A stretch of DNA of 57,647 bases, counting the filler, from Sphacelaria rigidula (Eukaryota), in NCBI GenBank assembly GCA_964200075.2. It is 8 parts of 8 records of this genome, joined end to end, with 100 filler letters (N's around TTAATTAATTAA, not from the genome) between each part and the next. Parts side by side here need not be neighbours in the genome. Positions count along the whole stretch, not along the records: positions 43,312 to 50,429 come from CAXNAA020016397.1; positions 50,530 to 57,647 come from CAXNAA020016398.1; 6 more parts are not named here. The stretch is one strand, 5' to 3'. The notes under the pieces are model-generated. The model was not told where the DNA came from, made no database searches, and was given only the letters and a program-made list of their open reading frames with translations. A program made the translations under genes and the position numbers. Below are positions 49,824 through 57,647 of the stretch, one piece after another (position 1 is the stretch's first letter; every line of letters begins with the position of its first letter).

Positions 49824-50066
49824 GAGCGATGCTACGGTGGGGGTGCACTTTGTCTGGTTCAGGGGCCCCTAACGATTCTAGACTCACAAAAATACGGGTC
49901 AGGGCATCCCCGTTTGCAGATTAATCCGGGATATCCCCAGCACATTGGAATAGTAATTCTGGCGTACTCTCGCATACTTTCATAAGTCGTGTTTTGGATG
50001 AGATAGAGGGCTACTAACAATTCTAACCTCAGAAAGTATTTGTGTACCCCTACCGTAGCATCGCTC
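49824..50066. mobile_element. Sola2-like MITE, copy D (TSD ATCT)
   Basis: GAGCGATGCTACGGT...ACCGTAGCATCGCTC; ATCT on both flanks. Confidence 0.8.
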
Positions 50067-50344
50067 ATCTTTGATCCCCGCGCCCGCCCGCCCGCCCCCC
50101 CTCCCCTTTCCTACTCCTCGTCTTGAAGATCATCTCGGCGGTGCAAAGCGGAGAGGGTGAACACGGGAAAGACGACCGAAAGCAGAAGCAACAGACAGTT
50201 ATCGCCAATGCCAGGATGTGTTACTTGGGAGGAGCGCGGCAGGAAGGACAGCAACAGGAAGAGCGTCAAGGCGGAAAGATATCTTGTCCTCCAAGCCTGG
50301 CCAGCGTTCTTCCACAGGTTACACAACATCTCCCCTCCCCCGAG

Positions 50345-50380
<36 letters not shown>

Positions 50381-50429
50381 CGCACTTTAAGTGACCCCTC
50401 AGGAGTCATGATCCAGCCGTGGTCTCATG
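50345..50429 (-). mobile_element. SINE 3' end with (CAAT)n tail
   Basis: (ATTG)n then TTGTCGCACTTT...TGGTCTCATG, homologous to 54655-54710. Confidence 0.65.
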
Positions 50430-51774
50430 NNNNNNNNNNNNNNNNNNNNNNNNNNNNNNNNNNNNNNNNNNNNTTAATTAATTAANNNNNNNNNNNNNNN
50501 NNNNNNNNNNNNNNNNNNNNNNNNNNNNNGTGTGTCAAATCTGTTTCACGCGATCCCGCTCTATCATTTTTTTTCTTGACCCGCCCCCCCCCCCCCCCCG
50601 AAAAAAAAAAAGTCGAAGCGTTGTCTGGTTACACATCCTAATTTGTTTCTGCACACGAATGAAAACATCAGTTTGCCGATGAAGAGAAGGAAAGTAAATA
50701 TGGAATTTAACTAGAAAACAAAAGTCCTGATCTGATAGGTCATAATTTCAACCATCTTCAAAAATTTACGACGATGGTTGGAATCACGACCTATCGGATC
50801 GGAATTTTTGCTTCCCACCGCACAATTTCGATCGAAAAGTCATGTGCCAAGACAGGGCCTCAGTTCGCTTATGGAGAGAAGAAAAGTAAAAATATAATAA
50901 AATTAGAAACACAGTACACCTTTTCAACTACTCGAGGCGCTTGCATTGCAAGCATCATTTTTGTGCCCACCTGAAGATCCCGCAGCAACGCCAAGCCGGA
51001 CATGCGCACCGCCTGTGTTTTATGCTCTGTTGCCGACACGCAGGCCTTTATTATGAAGCGTATTTCGGGAAGAAAAAAAAAAAATGCGGTCAAGGGAGTC
51101 GCAAGAAGGAGCAGGACCAGGAGCGGGACGACATGAATACAAAGCGTTATATTTGTAAACAACACAAACCCAGGAAACTAGTGTGTGAATCAAATGAAAT
51201 AATTATAAAATGGATAAGAAACCACATAAAATGAATCAACGAAAAAACACTCTCTCTGCTCAGAAATATGAACAAGGTTGGAAGAAAAGCGGTGTATAAT
51301 AACTCCGGTCTTTTATTTTATTTTTTCTCAACGTTTGTTTTTCTTCGGTTTCGCCGATTTCGCGCGGTTCGCCCCAACCTGGTGTTCTTTTTTTTTCACA
51401 TTTCTCACCAAAAATGGTTCTCCCATCTCAGCACAAGTAGCTCGAAATCACCACCCTCACTTGGAACCTACGGCCAAAAGCCTTCTTAAGTTCTGCTGAC
51501 GCATGTCCGCCGGTGGAAATGCCTCCCAGCGGCCAGAGCGCAAGAATTTCAAGGATTTGGAAAATGGCGCCGTGGTGCGGTACCTCCTCGCTGGTTATAT
51601 TCCCGAGTATCCCAACAAGCAGACCCGTACACCGATTCCCACTGTTATCGTTTTTTTTTTTCCATTAACGTGATGACCGATCGTATTTCATACCCGCCGG
51701 AAATCAAACAGGGATTGAATCACCTACTTCAGAGCATATGACAGAAGCCTTGCTTATATTCCCGGACAGAGCGA

Positions 51775-52060
51775 GTATGAATCACAAAATCAATGATAAT
51801 GAATCATGGAACCACAGATGATAAAATATGACTCGTGGAATGAAATACGAAACACATGCATACTGGAACCAAATAGGGAGAAAAACGTGAATCATGAAAT
51901 CAGAGATGAGACACAAGAATACTGGAACCAAATAGGGGGAAACTATGAATAATGGAAACAAAGATTAAAATATAAAAAATCATGGAATCGAAATTGAAAA
52001 TAATACGAATCATCGCATCAGAGATGAGAACATACGAACTCTGAAATCAAAATGAGAGTA
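51775..52060. repeat. Degenerate ~28-bp minisatellite (GAATCATGGAATCAGAGATGAGAAAATAT-like)
   Basis: About 10 imperfect units; ATACTGGAACCAAATAGGG recurs at ~51860 and ~51919. Confidence 0.7.
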
Positions 52061-52383
52061 AGCTGTTTTCAACAATCTGAACATGAAGAACTATGGTACA
52101 GTAGTATTATTCAGTCATCCGTTCACGCAGAACAGCAAGTATTCCTGTTACGAACCGTTTTTAGCGCCGCCAGCCAGCCAGCCAGACAGAGAAACAACAA
52201 TGTCTGAGCACACAAAATCCACCAACCAAGTGTCAAAACATGGCGCACACTTCATATTTCGAACTTGGGCATCCAGGTCTGTGTCTGTGTCTGTGTCTGT
52301 TTGTCTCTAGGTTGAAGAGAGGAAAATTATAATAAAAATACTACACCACTGCATCCCCTCTCCCATCCCCGACCAAAACCAAC

Positions 52384-52716
52384 CTGAATCACAAGCTCCA
52401 ACAACCAGTGCGGCTCAAGACTATCCGTCCCGGAGACTCCATCCATCTCCGTAGATCCCACCCGCGGCCGAACCCCAGGGGCGGGGTACGGAGCCGAGAC
52501 TCCCAACCCCCCGGGAGGGGTGCTGTACGGCCTGCCCGACGCGGAAAACCCCATGGCTTGCAGGGAAGATCCGCCGGTGGTATTGGACGGTACCGACATG
52601 TCCCGCTCCCGCTCCGTTTTGCGCTGGACACCGGCCGGGATGAGCCTGGGCGAATTGAGAGCCACGACGTGATCGTACATCGCCAGTCGCCTGAGGAAGC
52701 CCAGGGTGAACTCCGT
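52384..52716 (-). CDS. Internal exon of a DOCK-family (DOCK-C/D, zizimin/SPIKE1-like) Rho GEF
   Basis: 333 bp, CAG|...|GT, phase 0, open frame: TEFTLGFLRRLAMYDHVVALNSP...HWLLELVIQ, matching DOCK L.FL.I...HEH.V.LNLP ... HFL.GLL. Confidence 0.75.
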
Positions 52717-52741
52717 CTGTCGTTTTGTTTGGAAGGGGGAG

Positions 52742-52743
<2 letters not shown>

Positions 52744-52806
<63 letters not shown>

Positions 52807-53080
52807 TTGTACTCATGATCTTGCATGCCGCTGTGCGAAGACCATTGGCGTCGCATCCCTACAGAGCCGGGACGGAGCACACCGGGTGTTCTCCGGACGG
52901 GCCTCGCAATCAATTACCAGGAGCGAAGCGCCGTGATGTGTATGGTGGGTCGCACGAGGGATTAGTGGCATCCTGCCAAGATTGTTCGGCCCGAAGCGTA
53001 CCACTGGTCATGCATGCGGATGACGACCTCGAGTGACTTGCTTCACTTTGTGGTATCGCCGCTTCCAGAGACAGCCAGGG
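52744..53080 (-). mobile_element. LINE family 2 3' end with (CA)30 tail in the DOCK intron
   Basis: Homologous to 3434-3700; ends ATGAGTACAACAAA(CA)n followed by CTCCTCCCCCTTCC. Confidence 0.75.
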
Positions 53081-53581
53081 GTGTGACGGTCATGATTTGC
53101 GGCACATCACAGTCGAATCCGGAAGAGTTTGTCCGAGTTCGACTCCAAAATCCGATGATCGACAATCAACGCAGTATGTCGTAGTATAGACAAAGGCATT
53201 TGAATCCTCTAGGGGGAAGGTACAACGTGCCCAAGCGCTGGCCCAGGGTGACATATTGTGGAGGAGACCACATGCACTTGCTTTGCCAGAGCGGTCTCGG
53301 TCTGCCTTGCGATGGGGTTTTTGTTTTGTGTCAAGCATTACGGTTACGTTTTTTCAACGAAAATGAGGCGTAGGGTGTTCGTTCAATCAACAAACATCGG
53401 TCGGCGGGACCTTTTTGTCCACAGTAATAGTGATGATGAAATTAAAATTAGAACACAATAATTCTAATAATAGTTAAAACAATATAATTATGGGGTCGGG
53501 GGGTAAGGTCGGGCTTCTGTACTGCCATCAGGTGACAAAAACTGCGATTCACGGGAGTGAAAAGTGAGGCAGCCACTTCAC

Positions 53582-53731
53582 CTCAAACGGAGCATCTTCT
53601 TTTTTCCTCAAAGCGCGGATATAGGTCCCCGACAAGCGCGCCGCGTGGGCAGGATGCACCACGGCGAAGAGATCCTTGATGAAAATCGCAAGGGAGGTGT
53701 TGATCAGCTCGGCGTGGCCTAATGTCTTTGC
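53582..53731 (-). CDS. Preceding internal exon of the DOCK-family GEF
   Basis: 150 bp, TTCAG|...|GTGAAG, phase 0: AKTLGHAELINTSLAIFIKDLFAVVHPAHAARLSGTYIRAL, matching DOCK LN.SLA.FL.DLL....V..LI..Y. In frame with 52384-52716. Confidence 0.75.
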
Positions 53732-53734
53732 CTG

Positions 53735-53777
<43 letters not shown>

Positions 53778-54426
53778 ATAGTGATAGCGACACCGGCCAC
53801 GACGGATTGAGATGCAAACGACTGCGTAAATCGAGCGGTTGATACCAATTGATTGACCAATTGGCAACACAGCACACTCGGGACAAAAACAAGTTATTAC
53901 AATGGCAACAAGTATACTACGTGTGTATAGTATCGAACCTATGGTGTAATTTCAATAAATAACAGATGCGATACCGCACGCAGTACCTTTTTGCAAATGC
54001 TGTCTATCGTCCAGGATGTGATTGATACTAAAATACGTTTACGATACACATAGGAAAGCTTCTTTTTTTTTTTCCCGTACGAGCATTTTCCCATCCCCAC
54101 ACTCCCTCTCCCTCCCCCCTTCCCATGGGACGATTCCCTCGTATTCTCAACGGAAAACAACTCAAGTCATCTCCCAATTAGTACCAGTACGACTAGCTGT
54201 GTAACGTTTTTCACACGTCGGACAACTCATGAGCTACCTCACATAGCTAATCGAAGAGGACGCTCGGACCCGTTGACCAACATCACAAAATACGCGACAA
54301 GCGGGGTTCGAGAAACCGAACAGGTCGGTACCTTCGCGCTACTTCGCGTGCTCGGTGCTTATTCAGCGCTGCCGCGAGCAAATATGGAAAAAATTGGGAC
54401 CAAATGAGCTGAAAAATGAACCGGAT

Positions 54427-54428
<2 letters not shown>

Positions 54429-54475
<47 letters not shown>

Positions 54476-54635
54476 CGTCCTATCTATTCTGGACGCCGGT
54501 CAATACCTTTCGGTATATGTGGGCGCCTCAGCCGCGGAAGGTCAACACAGGAGTTCTCTTTTCATTTGTTTCAAGTACCCCACCTTCCTTCTGCGGTGCT
54601 CGCCTTTATTTTTTATCGCGATAGGGGTTCAGTAC
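54429..54635 (-). mobile_element. SINE/LINE 3' fragment with (CA)n tail
   Basis: Homologous to 6070-6246; (TG)21 on the + strand at 54429-54471. Confidence 0.75.
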
Positions 54636-54654
54636 ACCTTTTTTAATTTAAATT

Positions 54655-54960
54655 TTTTGTCGCACTTTGAACCCCTCCCCTTCCTGGGGACACGAGTCCA
54701 TGGTCTCATGCTATCTTATCTCTCCCCGGTACATGCCTTGCACTTTGGTCTCGCGGATTGGATCATGACCATCAACACTCCCCCGCACCGCATCAACTCA
54801 CATCAAACAAACTCAATCGAATACTTTGTTTACTCACCTTCTCACGCTTTCCACGGTGGAATCCAGATACTACGAAGAAGAAAACCAACGCATCGGGAAT
54901 CGAACCCTCGTTCTCTTCACCCTAATGGCGACAGTCGGACCACTACACCACCGGGGCGCG
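54655..54960 (-). mobile_element. Second tRNA-derived SINE
   Basis: Head GCGCCCCGGTGGTGTAGTGG (A box) ... GGGTTCGATTCCC (B box); 3' end AAAGTGCGACAAAAAA. Confidence 0.7.
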
Positions 54961-55334
54961 GCGGCACCACTGATAACAAATATTTGGGAAGCTCATGAGC
55001 TGTCCAACGTGTGGTATCGGGCAAGGAAAAGGGTTCAAAGTGTGACCAAAAAAATAAAAGAAGCGTACCAAGATATCATCAACATGTCTACCGGAACTCA
55101 CCTCACTGATGTGTCGTCCAAGAAGAGCTATCAGCGTTTCCAGCTCCTCGAGGAAGCCATCATCCAACCGGATTGGCGTTCTAAGCTGTTCATGCCCGGT
55201 CCGGTCCGGTCCGATCAGGTCATTTCGGTTGGTTTTGATCCCGTTGGTGTTGGATTCCGTTCGGGGCAATCCGGGTGATGACGATGACAAGTGTTCGGGC
55301 GGCGCACAAAAAAATACAACACAGTCATCAGCAT

Positions 55335-55565
55335 AACGGGCGGCTCTAAACGAGTGGGGTTGGGTTTACCCCCAGTTCTACTTCGTCTACCCAAATCCAT
55401 GGTTGACACATTTTTTAGATAACGCTAACGCTAACGCTTCAACCATGAATTTGGGTAGACGAACTGGGGGTTTACTCTACTGCTCTACAATCGAAACGCA
55501 TCTTGATTCTATCGGAATCGGAACTCACAAACACACGAAAAAATATGTTGGAGAGCGGTCGTTAG
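55335..55565. repeat. Inverted-repeat (MITE-like) hairpin
   Basis: CCCCCAGTT...CGTCTACCCAAATCCATGGTTGA pairs with TCAACCATGAATTTGGGTAGACGAACTGGGGG around a (TAACGC)3 loop; weaker outer arms. Confidence 0.6.
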
Positions 55566-55739
55566 TGGATGATGGCTAATATAATGGAAAACCGCCTTAT
55601 ACAGTGTTATTCCTTTTCAATAATATGGAGGCAGTGTTTTTGGAGATTAGGCACCCCAACACAGTACATCAGGCGCCTGGTGATACTGAAAGTTGACGCA
55701 TTTGTGGACTGAAGCCGCAGGTAGGTGTTGACGTAGCAG

Positions 55740-56150
55740 TTTCGGCAACCCAAGGCGTTTTGTGCGCTGCGTGGCTTAAAAGGATGATAATGCACGATGC
55801 TGCAGTGATTCAAAAACAAGAACACTTTCTGATGACAATTCTAGAGGGTAAGGATATGGAATCCGCGCGGAGGCAGGAGTAGATCTTGCCATCCTTGTTG
55901 TTTACATCGGCCCCCCGTTGGTCGAGGCTGGTACCAAGGCGGGAAATAACCACTACTTCAGGTTCTCCATATGTGAGAGGCAGATGCCCGTGAGTTTTAT
56001 ACGCCGTGCAGAGCAAGACGCGGTCGCACAACGCAGCTGAGGAGAAAAGTGTCTGCTGTCAAGGACCACTGCGGACCTGTTCGGGCAATGGGCAACGCCT
56101 CCTCCCTCACAGTGCCAGATTTGACGTGGATGTTACCACCGCGGTTTGGA
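55740..56150 (-). pseudogene. Degenerate ankyrin-repeat fragment
   Basis: GGNIHVKS..., HGHLPLTYGEPEVV...LDQRGADVNNKDGK and CIIILLSHAA in shifting frames. Confidence 0.45.
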
Positions 56151-57647
56151 AATGACAGGGGCAGTTGCTGCAGTTTTCTTCAATCAGAATCAATCGGATA
56201 TTCTTCGGCGGTGTGCTCCCACGTGAAGATATTCACCTTTCTCTGGCGAGCGAGTGATCGCCTCTTGTGCAGTGTTCTCACTCGGTTCCAGAATATGACA
56301 GGGAGCGAGTTGCAATTTGATTTTTTTTAACGGATGGATCGCGGGTATTCTAGCCCTGTCGAGGCGTGGCTCGCATCGTACAGTCAGTACTACAGTACTC
56401 GTTGTATTGACACTAGTAACATACAGTGTCAACTTCGTCGGGTATTACCGTGCGCGGATACATATCATGCAATAAACGCTTCCCCCTTTCGTAGCGATAT
56501 GCATCCCTTCCAATCCGGCTGCCAAACGTATCCGTGCTGATGTGGAGACATCTCTTCCAAGGACGTCTGCTCCTTTAGCCTCACCATGTTTTAGGCCTTA
56601 GAGTATGACCGTCTCCATTTGACGCCGCAGATAAATTAATTTTTCAGTACAATGCCTCCATAATATTGAAAAGGAACAACACTGTATAATAATAAAAAAT
56701 GAAAGTCTACGGGTTGCGGAAGCGGTCATCTTCCAGTCCTTGACTGCAAATTGCAATGCAGATATCGGACTGGTTGATTCCTCGAGACGTCAGACTCGTT
56801 CCGAGAAAGGAAAGAAGGAAAGGGGGAAGGGGAGGGAGGTAAAAACCATGACGAAACACAGGATAAAGCCAAGTAAGTACGTGCAGATAAGTTTTCCACC
56901 TGATGCACCCTATGAATCACTCCGAGACCAAGTCATGATCCATCATCCTCTTCTCTTTACATCCAAGAAATGCTGATTGATGCTCCTCATGATCATGACC
57001 AGAACGACATGTGGCGATGACGAAAAGAAACATTTTTTTTCTAATATATATATAGCATAGCTCAATCTCCTCGCTTCCTGTCCTCGAGGTTGATCGATGC
57101 CCTTCAGAGATTACTGCCACAAGGGCGTACTCTACACGTTGCGGTACACACTCGAAAAAATAGCGATTGCTTCGAAACCACCAACTAACCTTTTCGTGTC
57201 TAACTCGAAGGCTGATGCTCTTCATGATCATGGCCAGAAGAACCGGAGCGTAAATCTGCGATAAGACACTGCAACAACAAGACAAGACACACAGCAAATG
57301 AACGAAACGAAACAAGAGAAAAGTGGGGGTCCGATATGAGTGCGGTTCTTTTCAAGTGTAGGATACACCAAGGGGGGCGCAAATAATACCCGTAATCAGG
57401 CACCATAGCTCCCCTCCTGAAAAAACCTCAACCCTGTCCCCGCGGGGATTTTTCGGGGAAAGTTTGCGCTTTTCTATGGTTGATCTCGGCTTGTTTTCCA
57501 GTTTCTTCAAAAGGGTTATATCTTCAATTAAAATAGTCCGACTGGTCGTCTGTGGCATCAGATCTCCTGGGGGTCATCATCCCTTATTTTCTTTCGTATC
57601 CCGGACATTTTCTACAATACCCCACCACCCACACACCCCCACCCCAC

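Noticed and set aside
51775..52060. 28-bp periodic array as CRISPR-like
   Set aside because: Degenerate tandem units with no repeat-spacer alternation.
54880..54960. Genuine tRNA gene (also 6580-6640)
   Set aside because: A and B boxes are present but there is no proper cloverleaf, and the sequence continues into SINE body and tail.

Overview
Eukaryotic, repeat-rich DNA that looks like brown-algal (stramenopile) nuclear sequence. This is inferred from the TTAGGG repeats, FNIP arrays, intron-containing HSP70 and the TE/SINE style. The window is not one locus. It is eight contigs of 7119, 7119, 7119, 7118, 7118, 7118, 7118 and 7118 bp joined by identical 100-bp N44-TTAATTAATTAA-N44 spacers, so adjacency across spacers has no biological meaning. 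Host genes seen: the 5' part of a cytosolic HSP70 (2 exons, HSE-like promoter) and two exons of a DOCK-family (zizimin/SPIKE1-like) Rho-GEF. Pseudogenes seen: a MITE-interrupted FNIP-repeat array and an ankyrin-repeat relic. Mobile DNA: two head-to-head decayed Ty3/Gypsy elements with complementary deletions; a LINE family with almost no 3' UTR and no poly(A) whose truncated copies sit in C-tracts with TSDs; tRNA-derived SINEs; Sola2-like MITEs with 4-bp TSDs; TGT...ACA MITEs carrying internal telomeric repeats with 5-bp TSDs; a 442-bp foldback element; and a possible KDZ-type transposase relic. No intact novel multi-gene system is evident. The best leads are the C-tract-targeting LINE and the telomere-repeat-carrying MITEs. 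Family assignments come from motif recognition only; no searches were run.
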